From Guillardia theta CCMP2712 (taxonomy: Eukaryota > Protista > Cryptophyta), in contig NW_005434634.1 in the NCBI RefSeq assembly GCF_000315625.1, positions 86,531-150,530 of the forward strand: a stretch of DNA of 64,000 bases, written 5' to 3'. Positions 12,177 to 25,621 of this stretch are shown here, in pieces. A program made the translations under genes and the position numbers. Position 1 is the first letter of the stretch. Each line of letters starts with the position of its first letter. The notes under the pieces were generated by a model that saw only the letters and a program-made list of their open reading frames with translations, was not told where the DNA came from and did not search any database.

Positions 12177-15100
12177 ATGAGTGAACAATCTGAACGGGTT
12201 GAGGAGCATGGAGAGGACCAATCAAACGCGAGCCTCAACTTCGACAAGTCTGGACGGAGCGGATCTATTCTCCGAGCGGGTTCTGTGATAGCAGACCCAC
12301 AGACACTGAGAGAATTGCGCTTTTGAGTGTTGATTGGAAGGAGGTGTTGAGAGATCTGCAGCGAGAAAAGAAGAAATTAATTGCCCGCGAAGAAGAACAG
12401 TACCTGAATAGGTCTTTGTTTTGTTTAGAAAGCAGCAGTTCAATCCGAGAAGCTTTCATCAAGATAGCCGAATGGGAGTGGTTCAACAGGACTGTTCTTG
12501 GATTCATCATCTTGAATTGCATCTTGCTTGTCTTGGACGATCCCGTCTGCTCATGCGCTGCATCAGTCTGCATCGAGAACGACAGCTACAAGAGAATCTT
12601 CTACACTCGACTAGGTGACTGCAGCTCGTGGTCAAACGTCCAGCCACTGTTACAAGTGACTGAGTACTTGTTCACATGCTTGTTCTCCATGGAAATGGTT
12701 ATCAAGATCATTGCTAGGGGATTTGTTTTGCACAAGCATGCGTACCTGAGAGATCCATGGAACTGGATTGATTTCGTAGTCGTTATTTGCAGTTTGATCA
12801 GTTTAGTCCCTGGGCTCATTCAGAATGTGACTGTTCTGAGAGTTGCAAGGATATTGAGGCCATTGAGGACCATGACAAGGATTAAGGGCATGCAACCCTT
12901 GATCAAGACTGTAATCAGCTCACTTCGTGCTTTGACGAACGTTGTGTTGCTGCTGGCCTTCATGATGACTGTATTCGGAATTCTCGCGCTTGAATTGGCT
13001 GCTGGACAGTTAAGGGGTCGATGCTATGTCGATCCCACTCCAGGAGCGAATAACTTTTCTGAATCTGCCCGCACCATTCTCATGAGCCAACAGATACCAT
13101 ACATTGCAGAAGCATACAATATGATAGGCAGTTACAATGCAGGTATCTCTTTCTGCAATTCTCTAAACCCTTGTCCTCAATTCGCCATCGATGGGGTATA
13201 TTACAATTCGGTGTGCAGCTTCAAGAAGTGGTGTTACCATGATTGGTGCTCCGAGTGGAACAACAACCCTTTCTATGAGGGTGGTGGATATCTAAGCTGT
13301 AAGTCTTAGAATCTTTGCTTGTTTTGAAGCTGAATTTGGATGTGCAGTTGACAACTTTTTAGAATGCTTGGTGGTACTGTGGGAAACATTGACTCTAGAA
13401 GGCTGGACAACAGATTTGTTGTACAATTACCAAGCAAGTTGGGGAGATTGGTCCGCAAGAATCTATTTTGTGATGTGGGTATTGGTCGGAACATTCTTTG
13501 TTCTGCAGCTTGCGCTAGCGGTCTTGTCGGATGCATACCTTCAAGCAGTAGAGGAAGAGAAATCTGAAAAAGAAATGGAAGCCCTCCACGAAGAAGCAAT
13601 CTTGAAGCCAAACGATGTAATGTCTACCTCCATTTGATTTTCATAGACTGACAACACTTGCTCAACAGAATCAGTACAAATCAGGAGGAAGGAAGTCATC
13701 CAAAGTTTTGGAAACTATCAACATGCTTTCTTCGATTCGCGTTTCATGGAAGCATATTTCACTGGGTAAGAAATTGGACGAAAAACTAGTGAGTTGGGCA
13801 GGAAAAATTCGAAGTATTGTGAGGCTTGTGGTGTTCAATTCATTCTTTGTGAACTTGATCACTGTTGCCATCATTTGCAATTCTATTGTGATGGCTATGT
13901 ACTTTCACGATCAGACACTGTATGAAACAAACATCTGCAAACGGAGGTGTGCATTGGATCCAAGCTTACCTGCTAATGCGTCAGACTACTGTGTGGGTCC
14001 TTTGTTCAACAGAACTTGGGATACTGATGGGCAAGGTGGTGGGATGCGACCGGATCAGAATATTTTTTGTTTCTTGACAGATGATGCTCTGATCTGGCCG
14101 AATTCAAAGTCAATCTGCTCAACCAAAACGAACCCAGTCGATTGTGCAAATGAGGCCGGAAGAACGGGCTTGGGCTGCTTTTTCACGGGTAGTGGAACGT
14201 GTCAACTCGGATTATACACTGCAGCTACTTTTAGCTATCAACAGGGAATTTTGCCTTCGTCGCCAGTCAAAATTTCGTTGCGCCAGTTGTGCGGCGATGA
14301 CTTGTCTCAGTGTCCTGACTTTCCTACTTCCCTCAACGCAGTATTGGACAACGTGAACCTATCGCTAACCATCATTTTTGTGATTGAGATGGTTTTGAAG
14401 TGGATTGCGTTAGGCTTCAAGCAGTATTTCAGTGATGGGTTCAACGTTTTTGACTGCTTTGTTGTGATTGCAAGCACGGTCGAGCTCATTATCGGAGCGC
14501 TGAGCACTTCAGGTTCAAACGGCTCATCTTTATCAGCCCTCCGAGGTTTGAGAATTCTAAGGCTTCTTAGGCTGGCAAAATCGTGGGAAGAAATGAGGCG
14601 GATCATGACCTCATTGGGGAGAGCGATCAGTTCTCTCGGCCCTGTCACCATCTTCTGGGTTATGTTCATGTACATGTTTGCCTTGCTTGCCATGCAATTT
14701 TTTGGAGGGAACTTGAAGTATAACAAGACGGATTCCCCACGTAGCAACTTCGATTCATTTGTCCCGTCGGAATTGGGACACGGGTCCTTCTTCATCGTGT
14801 TTCAAATCATATCGACTGAAAACTGGAATACGATCATGTACAACTCGATGACAGCCGTTGGATCTAGCAGCCCATGGAATTGCTTGCTGACAATTTTCAT
14901 AGTGGCGTTTGGAAACTACATCGTGATGAATCTTTTCATCTCGATATTGTTGCAGGTGACACAAAACCATCTCACCTGATGTTCTGATTCTTCTATTTTG
15001 CAGGGATTTGGTGAAACTGACGGTGAAGAAGGCGGAAAGAAAGAAAACAAATCCTTAGCCTCAAAAATGGCTGCTGGATTCCGAAAAATACTCGCGAATG

Positions 15101-18100
15101 TAACAAAGAAGGCCAAGGAAATGCCGAGGCGTCTGAGTACCGAGTTCCAACAGAAATTGAGGGCGACGTCGGCTGAAACGCAGGAAGCACTAGCATTTGC
15201 AGCGTCGATTCGAATCCATCCGGAGGCGACTTCAGATGGCGAGAGTGAGGATCCCAACCTGTTTATGAGCATTCGGTTCTTCGGGAAGAACAGAAAGCTG
15301 AAGATTGCAAATCATCGATCTTTCTTCATTCTCCCTAGGAAGCACCCTGTGAGGGTGTTTGTGGCATTCTGCATTCAGAATCCCATCTTTGAGACGTTCA
15401 TTCTGTTGTGCATCTTGATAACCAGCGTGACGTTGCTCATCGAGTCGCCAGATGCTTCTTTCATCGCCGCTGCATGTCCTTTGCCTCCAGAAAGACTTGA
15501 CTGCACGGGAAGTGCTGCCATTCCTGGTCAAACTGTAAACATCAATTGCCCCAGAAACGCCTTGGACACTAACTTTGGAATCCTGTGGGACCCCTGCAAC
15601 GCCACCAGCGCTCCAGGCCGCACAGTGAATATTCCTCCCTGTTGTTCGATTGCCTACGAGAATAACATCTTGAGCACAATGGACGTTGTTTTTACCTTGG
15701 TTTTCTTCTCTGAGATGATTCTGAAGCTCATTGTGGACGGTCTCTTGTTCCACCAGTATGCCTACCTCAGAGACTCGTGGAATTGTTTGGATTGTTTCGT
15801 TGTCGTGATTTCAATGCTCAGCTCATTTGGAAGCGCCGCTTCTGCGAAGTCGTTCAAAGTTCTCAGGGCCCTGAGAGCTTTGAGACCACTTCGGGTGATC
15901 AAACGAAACAAATCTTTGAAGATAGCAGTAGTTTGCTTGCTATCAAGTATTCCCGCGATGATGAATGTCATGGTGGTTGTTTTGTTCTGGTTCGTCATCT
16001 ATGCCATGCTTGGTGTGCAGTTCTTCCGTGGCAAGTTGTACAGGTTTGTAAACTCTCCTCCCGACTCTCCTCTCCTGAAAAACAAGCCAGGTGTGTGGAT
16101 GTGGCTAATCAAATCTTTTATGGGACAGCATACTTCCCCCTTGGAAATCTGTACACACCTGCACCCCTCATGGCAGGCAACACATCCGTTCCCACCATCA
16201 TAGAATGTGTATCTGCAGGCACAGACGGAACCTCTCCCACCTCCTCTGGCGTGTGGTTGGACAAGGATTATTCCTTCGACAACCTGGCTGAAGCTCTCTC
16301 GACTCTGTTTCAGATGTCAACCACAGAGGGGTGGATGGATGTCATGTCGGCAGCCGTGGACGTCGTTGAGGTCGGGGTGACACCGATACCGAATCAGAAT
16401 CCTTGGTTCTCTCTTTACTGCGTCGTGCACATCATCCTAGGAGCGTTTATCCTCCTCAACCTGATTGTGGCAGAGGTGATCAAGAACTACATTCGGATCA
16501 AGAGCATGAACGACGGGATCACTCCGTGAGCGCTTGCGGGTGGTTTGAGATTGGCTGACTTGCACTTCAGGTTTCTCACCCCTGAACAACAGGAGTGGAA
16601 GGAGATGCGCAGGGCGATATCCAGCCTGAAGCCTCTCAAACGACGGGAGGGCCCATCGAACAAGTTTCGGAGCTTCTTCTACCATCTCATCAATCACGCC
16701 TGGTTCGAATACTTCATCACCTTCTCCATCTGTGCCAACGTCATCGTCATGGTGATCTTATCTGAGGATCAGACGAACGCTGACTGTCGCTTGTCAGTTG
16801 ATGAACACTTACAATCAAGATGAATGCGTGGTGGCAATAATCTTCTGGATTAACTTCTCGTTCTCTTGCGTGTTTGTCACAGAGGCTGTCTTGAAGCTGA
16901 TTGGGCTGGGCCCCAAGTGGTACTTCACAGACAAGTGGAACATCTTGGACTTCCTGGTTGTGCTGATCTCCGTCTCAACCCTCTCCATCGAGTTCCTCCG
17001 AGGAGACTACAGCTGCGCTGTCTCCGGATCTGTGAGGTCTGGGGGAGCGAGAGGATACCGCACGATGTGCTCACTTGCCCTTGCAGCGTGTCTTTCCCGG
17101 GTTTGAAACCGCTGAGAGCGCTGCGAATCGTGAGGGTGAGGATTTCCCAGTTTCTTGCTGTGATGGTTGGCTGACGAGACTACAAGGTGTTCCGGCTCGT
17201 CAGGAGATCCAAAGGAATCCGCCAAATGATCGTCACTCTGCTCGAGTCCATGCCCTCCCTGTGGAATATTGGAGTAGTCCTCTTCCTCTCCCTCATCATC
17301 TTTGCGGTAAGCCCTCTCACCATCCTCGAGCCCCCTCCCTTGCTTCCTGCCTGTGACACGTGGTCACGTCGTTTCAGGTGATGGGAGTCAATCTCTTCTA
17401 CAACGTGAACACCGGACAAGATGTGTACGGCCGAATGTCGGACCTCGCCAGCTACAGCTCTCTTGACAGCGCCATCTTCCTCTTGTTCCGGCAGACGACG
17501 GGCGAGGCCTGGAACGGCATCATGTTCTACTGCATGGAGGTGAGGTAGAGAAGAGCTTTCTTTCCGATGACGATGATGCAGAGCGACCAGTACAAAGCTT
17601 GCAGCAAGTGTTATGGTCCTTACTTGGGGGACGGCTGCGGCAATCAGTGGGAAGGAATCATCTTTCATGTGATGTGGCAAATCCTCGGAGCCTACGTCCT
17701 AGTCCAGCTGTTCACAGGTGACTTTCCCAGCTGCCCTTGTGGAGCTCGTCCTGACTCTTCGCAGCTGTCATCATCGAGAACTTTGCCGAGCTCTCCAAGG
17801 AAGAATCATCCGTGCTGCCCATGGACAAGGTGAAGCGACATGAGCAGAGCTGTGGATGTGAGAACTGAAACTCGCGGCAGCTTCAAGAATTCGTGGAGGT
17901 CTGGATGGAACTAGACCCCGGGGCGAAGGGGAGGATATCCGTGACCCTCGTGCCCGAACTCATCAAGAAGCTGAGTCCTCCGCTGGGGCTGAAGAGGGAG
18001 CACATCACCGAGCCGATGCTGATCAAGGTGAGGAGAGGGAGAGAGCAGCGGCGAGGGAGGAGGAGGGTGAGGTGAGGGCAGGTTATCAAAGACTTGCACA

Positions 18101-18562
18101 TCCCGGTCCACGGGGAGCACGTGCGGTACTACGACACGTTCGCGGCGTGCGTGAAACGAGTCCTGTCGGGGGGAGACTTGGGGCAGGACGATGAGATGGA
18201 CCACCAGCTGGGCGATGAAACGAATGATAAGTCAGAGACTGGAATGAAAGGGAAGGACGAGCAGGCGCCGCACAAGGAGGGTTCGATGGTGGTGGCTGAG
18301 CCGACGACTATGCACGACGGCGGGAGGTAGGAAAGGTTGTCAAACTTGAGCGATGTGACAAGATGGGCAGGACGGCCACTGCAGCCGAGGATTACGCGAG
18401 CAGGTGCTTGCAGCGTGCGTACAGAGAATGGAAGGAAAGATCGTTACAGGTAGTCGGAGATGGGAGGTGAGGAGGAGGGGGCAGCGAACGCTGAGCGGCT
18501 GGCAGGTCCAGAAGGGGCAGAACTTTGAGGCTCAACTGAGGTTGTCGCTGCAAGCGAGATGA
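12177..18562 (+). CDS. Four-domain voltage-gated calcium channel alpha-1 subunit (EEEE selectivity filter)
   Basis: Four S4 segments: LRVARILRPLRTM, LRGLRILRLLRLAK, LRALRALRPLRVIKR, LRALRIVRVFRLVRR. P-loops TLEGW, STENW, TTEGW, TGEAW. AYLRDPWNWIDFVVV-type S2-S3 motifs. C-terminal EF-like VWMELDPGAKG and IQ-like ASRCLQRAYREWK. Confidence 0.95.
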
Positions 18563-18679
18563 GAGGAGGAATTCACACCATTGTACATTACTGCCAACTT
18601 TCGAAATTTAACACACTTCAATCAAGTTACAAACAGTTGTAGACAAGTCTCTACTGCAGCAGTTGTTGTCCGCTACCAC

Positions 18680-19597
18680 TCAAGCATTCCTGCAGCGGTA
18701 CTTGTAGCCATGCAGCTTCGATATCTCCTTACGAGTCTCCAAACACACGTGCATGAAACAAGCCTGAATGCCGTCACCAGGGGCAAAATGATGTGAGGTT
18801 GTAAATTCACCTGTATGAGGAATGGGCCGAGCAAAATGCTGGTGAAGAAGAACAAGTAGGGACGTGAGAAGGTTGGGAGGCTTGAGAGAACTCGGATCCA
18901 GATAACCAAGCTCTGACATGAGTTGATGAATCAACCAAGATGTCTTCAAGTCAGATTACCAAGATCGCTGCTAGGGCAGCAATGTTCAACAGCGATCTTC
19001 GCATGCTTCTCATCTTGTCATTGGAAATGATGGAAACAGCGTTGAAGAGGATGGAGATAGCAGTGAGAGTGTGACCAGACCCTGCTAGATTTCTTCCTAG
19101 CTGCCATGATCCCATCACGAGAGCATGTTAGAATAAGATTTCGACCTTGTCGGCTTCCCTCAACCCCTCGAAAGGTGATGGCCAAGGGGAGAGGACATGC
19201 AAGTAAGCATGCATGATGAAGAACGCTGCCAGTGACGTCATGAGAACCTGATAAAAGCGGCATGAACTCACCGAACAACGCAACCAGAACTAGGATGAGG
19301 AGGGTGGAGAAAAACTTTTCTGCTCTCTCCTGATTTGTCTTGAACTGCTCGATGACTGCGACGAGTCAGAGGGAGTTTTCTGAGCATGCATCCCTCTTGC
19401 TCTCACCTGCATCCTGCTCGTCCTCGTCGATGGGATCGTCTGGCAGTTCGGTGCCTTTCCTTGCCCGCATTGCTGCTAGTGCATTGTGGTAGAGAAGACT
19501 TTTCAAGTTTGAAGGTTTCATTCCTTGAGCGCGTTGAAAGTTTGAAAGTTTGAAAGTTGTGGGGATCCGACCCACCGGTGATGGTTTCGGCGGCCAT
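18680..19597 (-). CDS. Hypothetical multi-exon membrane protein
   Basis: Starts MAAETITG (19597). Exon-like pieces GMKPSNLKSLLYHNALAAMRAR, EQFKTNQERAEKFFSTLLILVLVALFG, MRRSLLNIAALAAIL, separated by GT-AG introns. The 3' end is uncertain. Confidence 0.45.
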
Positions 19598-19782
19598 TTC
19601 AGAGGGGAGGTGAAGTGAACAAGAACAGGAGGAGGAAGAGAAGGAAGACAGTCAGCAGCGACAGTGACGACAGCAGCAGCAGCAGCAGCAGCGACAGTGA
19701 CGACAGCAGCAGCAGAAGCAGCAGAAGCCAGGAGAAGAAACAGCAGCAGGCTTGAAAGCTCCTTGTCGACACTCTCGGCATC

Positions 19783-22700
19783 ATGAACTTTGGACGTCGC
19801 AGCCTCTTCTTGTGCATGCTCTTATCCTCTGCCATGAGTGTGATAGAGAGACATCATAACTCCTTCAAGCTGCACCGCAATGCTGCGAATGTCTTGAAAC
19901 CATCCCCATCCATATCCCACTTGCTTTCCCTCCGCCAACCTCAAGTGCCGGGTGGCGATGGCTCTGGATCCACAAGCGGCACGTGTGAAGAGCACGAGAG
20001 CAGTTGGATCATCAAGCCCTTAACAGACGAGAGAGCCTACAAGCACATCAAGCTCGCCAACCAGCTTGAGGCCATCGTCGTCTCCGACCCCTCCTGCCAT
20101 TCTGCAGCGGCGGCTCTCTGTGTAGCGGCTGGCCAGCTGGATGATCCTGGAGAGGTGCAGGGGCTCGCTCACTTTCTTGAGCACATGCTGTTCCTGGGGA
20201 CGCACAAGTTCCCTGAGGAGAGCAACTTCGACGAGATCTGCGGGAAGTCGGCAGGGTACTCCAACGCTTGGACCTCGCTGGATCACACAATGTACCACTT
20301 CATCGTCTCGCATGACAGGTTGGAGCAAGTGCTGGAGAGGTTTGCTGCCTTCTTCTCCTGTCCCCTCTTCTCGGAGAGTGGGACCGAGCGCGAGATGAAT
20401 GCGGTAGATTCAGAGCACAACAAGAATCTTAAGGACGATGACAGGAGGGAGAACCAGCTGCTACGAAGCACTTGTAGCTCTGATCACTCAATGTCTCGGT
20501 TCGGAGGAGGCAACTTGGAGACTCTCTTGGAGGATCCGAAGAAGGCAGGCATCAATGTGAGGGAGAAGCTCCTTCAGTTCCACGAGAGATTTTACTCGGC
20601 AAACGCCATGCGCCTCGCAGTCATAGGGAAGGAGCCTGTAGACAAGCTGGAGGTAGACAACAAGATAGAAGTCTTGATTGTGTCGATTCCTCTCTGATCG
20701 ATTGCTTGCAGGAATTGGTTACTTCTTTCTTCTCCGATGTGCCGAATCGGCAGAATGTTCCTTTGAGAGATTGGATTTCCTCCGTCCCTTATGGTATTGC
20801 ACAGCCAGCAGTTCAACCCTTGCATGCCTCTCCTACTCTTGCAAGAATGATTTCATTCTCAGCCCTCCTCCTCCTCCTCCTCCTCCTCCTCCTTCACCTG
20901 CTCCTCTCCTCCCCTCTCCTTCTCCTGCTTCTTGCTCCTCTCCTCCTTCTCTTGCTCCTCACCCTCCTCATTGACTCATTTTCTGCAACCATTCATTGTT
21001 TTCATTAGATGCATCCTGGAAGCGAAGTTTCTACATCTCTCCCATTTCAGGTTCGCATGCTGCTTGCAAACTTTTCCTGCTCTCCCCTGACCAGGTCACA
21101 GAGAGGCGGCGCCTGGCCATGTTCTTTCCGATCCCTCCCATCCAGCCCTTCTACAAGACGAAGCCGGCTCAGCTTATTAGTCACCTCATCGGCCATGAGG
21201 GACCAGGTGACGCGAACTTACCCGTCGTCTCCTCCTCATCGCTGCTCAGGATCCTTGCTCGCTGTTCTCAAGGAGCTCGGGTATGCTTCGGAGTTGTCGG
21301 CTGGCCCGGTGAGGAGGCGGGGTGGAGAAGAGGAGGGAGCAGGAGCAGGAGCAGGAAAGAGAGGAACAGGAGGAGGAAATTTGAGGAGTTGAGGAGTAGC
21401 AAGAGAGTATGTTGCGCAGGACGAGGGCAGGAAAGCAGAGAAGAAGAGGAGGGAGGAGGGGAAGGAGATGGTGGCGATAGTTGACAAGTGGTTCAGACTC
21501 TCTCGCTCGCGAACTCTTGTCTCTTCGTGGTGTCAGTCATCTTGACAGAGGAGGGGGTCCCATCGTGGAATCGAGTAATGCAGGTGGGAACTAGTTGTCT
21601 CCGTCTCCAGCCCGCTGATGAGTCGGGATGGTGCAGATTGTGTTCCATTTCATTCACCTGCTGAGGAAATCAGAGTTTGAGGAGAGGTGAATGAAGGACT
21701 TGAAAAAGATGCTGCTGCCTTTGATCAGAAGCTTGCAAGATATCCGTTGTGGTTGGAGTTGAAGAAGATTCACGATTTCAACTTCCTGTACAAGAGGTTA
21801 GCTACTCTTCTTCTTTCCTCTCCCTCGCTGTGCGCATCTGCTGAATCGTTTGTAAACAGCAGAGACAGGGAGGACGCTCAGTCTGAAAATATGGCACACG
21901 CAATGCATTATTATCCTCCAAAGGTGAACAAATATCTTGTTAGACAGCCCGCAGTTTGTGATATCAAGATTGCAGGAAGTCCTCTGTGCCACTGAGTTGT
22001 TCTTTGAAGAGTTTGATGAGCAGCAGGTCACAAAATTCAACGCTGCTCCCGTCTCTTTCATGCCTTCACACTCCGCTATCCTTCTCTCCTTTATCACCAG
22101 CTCCTCCTGATCACTTCTTCCGCCACCTCATCATCATCATCTCCTCCTCCTCCTCCTCCTCCTCCTCCTCCTCCTCCTCCTCCTCCTCCTCCTCCTCCTC
22201 CTCCTCCTCCTCCTCCTCCTCCTCCTCCTCCTCCACTGCATTCTTCTCATCATCATCATCACCACCACCATGAATATTATGATTCCTCTTCTTGTCGACT
22301 GATCCTGGACAGAACTTTCGGGTCAACCACATTCTAGACAACTACTTGAAGGCGTCAAACATGAGGATGGTAACGATGAGGAAACGGCGCCATGAAATTC
22401 TGATTTCCTGTGTTCAATTAGCATCTCACATGCCCTGAGAATGAGCTGCCAAAAGATTTTCTAGAAGGGCAGGAAATGGCTCCTCCTCCTCCTCCTCCTT
22501 CCGCTGATTCCGCTAGTGATGAGACGTTCTGGGTCGAGAAGTACTTTGGAACAAGGTGACGACAACAACAACGATGATGATGAGTAATGCAGAGTCTTAA
22601 GAGATATGATCATTCATTCTGTACTTTACATTGGCTGTGTTGGCTGACGAGACCCTCGACAAGTTGTGTGTGATTGTTCTTCTTGAAAGGTACAAAGTAC

Positions 22701-25553
22701 GAGAGCACAATTCAACCTGGATCTCTCAAGCTCAAGACTGGTGGGCAACTTGCTATGTCGTTACTATTGATTTGACATGTTTGACTTTTTCCCTTCCTTA
22801 ATTTGACATGTTTGACTTTTTCCGTTCCGTTTGTCTTCATCTCGACAGGTTTTGTCACCTTTCGGGGGATTGTGAATGTGCAACTTCTGATGCTGTCAAG
22901 AAAATGTCTCTTCCTCCTGTGAACCCTTATCTCCCGTCCGACACGATGCACATCTTGACAGAAGAAGTCAAAGAAGGGCAAGGTGAAAGATCAACCTTTA
23001 TATTTATCCTGTGCAACCACAATACACTCTTCTTTCATCTTTTGCATTTTGCTGAATTCGCTTCATCAGTTTGACATTCTCCCTTTACCCCTCGTTTTAG
23101 TCTTCTCCGCTGACACTTGTTCATTCGAAGATGCCAACATTGTTCCATCCAAGGTCATCGATAATTCGTTCATAACTGGCTGGCATCTCCTCGACGTCTC
23201 GTTCAAGGTTTTCAAGTTTTCCTCCCCCCGTCTCCCTATGAACCCATCGCAGGTTCCACGTGCCAGCATCTTTCTTTCCCTCAACTCTCCCATCTCAGAT
23301 CAGAAGTACGTTCAATCGCTCCTTCCCTTGGACTCTCTTCATATGATGTTCAAGTTGTTCCCCTCTTTTGACATTGCTTCTCCCTCGCTGCTGTTGCCCT
23401 GATTGAAAACGGTCTCTTGTGCGCACTAGGCTTGCTCTTTTCGTTTGAATGTCTCAACTTTCCTCTACCCGTTCTTCCACTCAAACATGCCTGTAGCGTT
23501 GAGAATGCGGTTCTACTTCGACTCCTTCTAGAAACGCTGGAGGTTCGTTTATTGCCTTTTCTGTCAAGGATGGACAACTTGACACGTCAATGTCAGTTCA
23601 CAATCAACGAGAAGAGATACATGGCAGAAGAAGCCGGGATCAGTGTTGAGATCACCAACTATTCTTTCCTCTCACCCTGTTACGGATTGAGGATGTTGTT
23701 CTTTGGGTACAGCTCCAAACTTTCCAAGTGAGTGATGATTTTTGTTTTCTTGCACGCTGTTCATTCTTTCCTCACTGCTCTCTCAAGGTTGATGTTTGAT
23801 GTGCTCAACGCTTTGAAGTCTCTCAACCCGTCACCAGAAGTGTTCGACATGGCAAAAGTCAGTATCCCCTCCTGGTCCTGCTCTTCCTCTGCCGCTTCAG
23901 TTCTCCCTTCTCCCCTTCTTTTCCCTCACCCCGTCCCCACTTCTCTTCCTCCTACTCCCCCGTCCTCTGCTTCCTCTTTCCTTCTGTTCCGTTTCTCACC
24001 TTGTTATCAGGAGCGAGCGATGACAGATTATCGAAACAGAAGGTAAAATGTGGGAGGAAGATGTCGGGTTGATGACGCTGAGTGTCAAGATTTCAACTGT
24101 CATACCTCCATGCTGTTCTTTCCAACACTCAGTTCCTCGAGAGTCCCTTCTTCCATCACGATCAACGATTGGAAAAATTGAGTGAGATGAAACTCAACAA
24201 TCTGATGGAATTCAAACAGAAATACCTTGAGAACTTAAAGGTTTTCCTTTCTCTTTCCCTCCCTCCATTTCTTCCCTATCATTGCTTCCTCCTCTTTCAT
24301 CCTCTTCCTCTGCTTCTCCCTTCGTTCTCCCAATCCTCTCCCTTTGCTTCTACCGCTCAACCTCCATCTCAGGCCATAACTTTTCTCCATAATCACTCAC
24401 TAGTCTCTCTTACCTCCTCCTCCTCTCCCTCCTCCTCCTCTCCCTCCTCCTCCTCTCCCTCCTCCTCTTTCAATCCTCTGCCTTCCTCTTCTTCCCCTCC
24501 TCGATTCCTCTCTTGCCTCTTCTGACCGATCAAAACAGATTGACAGTCTCATTCATGGCAACATCGACCAGCAAGAAAGTTTGCAAATCTTGCAAGATGT
24601 TGAAAAATTGCTCGAATGCAAAGATCCCCCTCTACAACTTCCTCCGCTTACCATGACAAAGGTCTTGCTCCTCCTCATCCTCATCCTCATCCTCATCCTC
24701 CTCTCCTCCTCCCTCCTTGCACTCTTCCTTCTTCTTAATCCCCTAGTCACCCACTCGTCTTCTTCAACCGCATCTTCATTACTGACTGGCTACCACTACC
24801 CTCCTCCTCCTCCTCCTCCTCCTCCTCTCCTCCTCCTTCTCCTCTCACTGCTTCCTCCTTACGCCATTCCTTCCATCTCCTCTCTCCTCTCGATCTCTGT
24901 TCCTGTGCAGCTCCCATCTGCTCCTAGTCGCATCCTTCACGAGCAACTCTGTCCCTGCGACGAGCATCTCGACTCGGCCATCTCTCTTACTTCAGGTCAA
25001 TCTATGATGATGGTGGTGGTGGTGATGGTGGTAGTGATAGTGGTGATGGTGGTAGTGATAGTGGTGATGGTGGTAGTGATAGTGGTGATGGTTCTTGTGA
25101 TCGCTACTGATCATGAGATAATCCAAGCATTCAAGGTGGACAACTGATCCATTGCAATCAGATCGGAAAAACTTCTCACAAGTTGAGCTCTCATGCAGAC
25201 TTGCTCTGCCAGATGCTCGTCAAGGAAGCGTATACGCAGGTGAAGGGCATGCGAGTAGGAGAGAGGAAGGAGAGAGGAAGCGAGGAGTAGGATAGAGGGA
25301 GAGAGCGGGAGGGGCGGCAAAGGGAGGAGAGGAGACGAAAGGGTAGAAGGGAGACGGGAGGTGAGGGGAGCAGGATGGAAGGAGCTAACTTCACTTTTAG
25401 CTCCGGACGAAAGAGCAACTCGGTTACATTGTGAGCTCTGAAGTTCACTCTAGGTGAGAACTAGCTGGGGTTGCAATGGAGGAAGCGAGAGAGGGAGAGG
25501 GGGGGGGGGGAGGGGTCGAGGAGGACGAGGACGGAGGGGGGGGGGGGGGTGTC

Positions 25554-25621
<68 letters not shown>

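Noticed and set aside
12177-18562. Sodium channel (Nav1) or NALCN call
   Set aside because: The filter residues are E/E/E/E, not DEKA, DEEA or EEKE.
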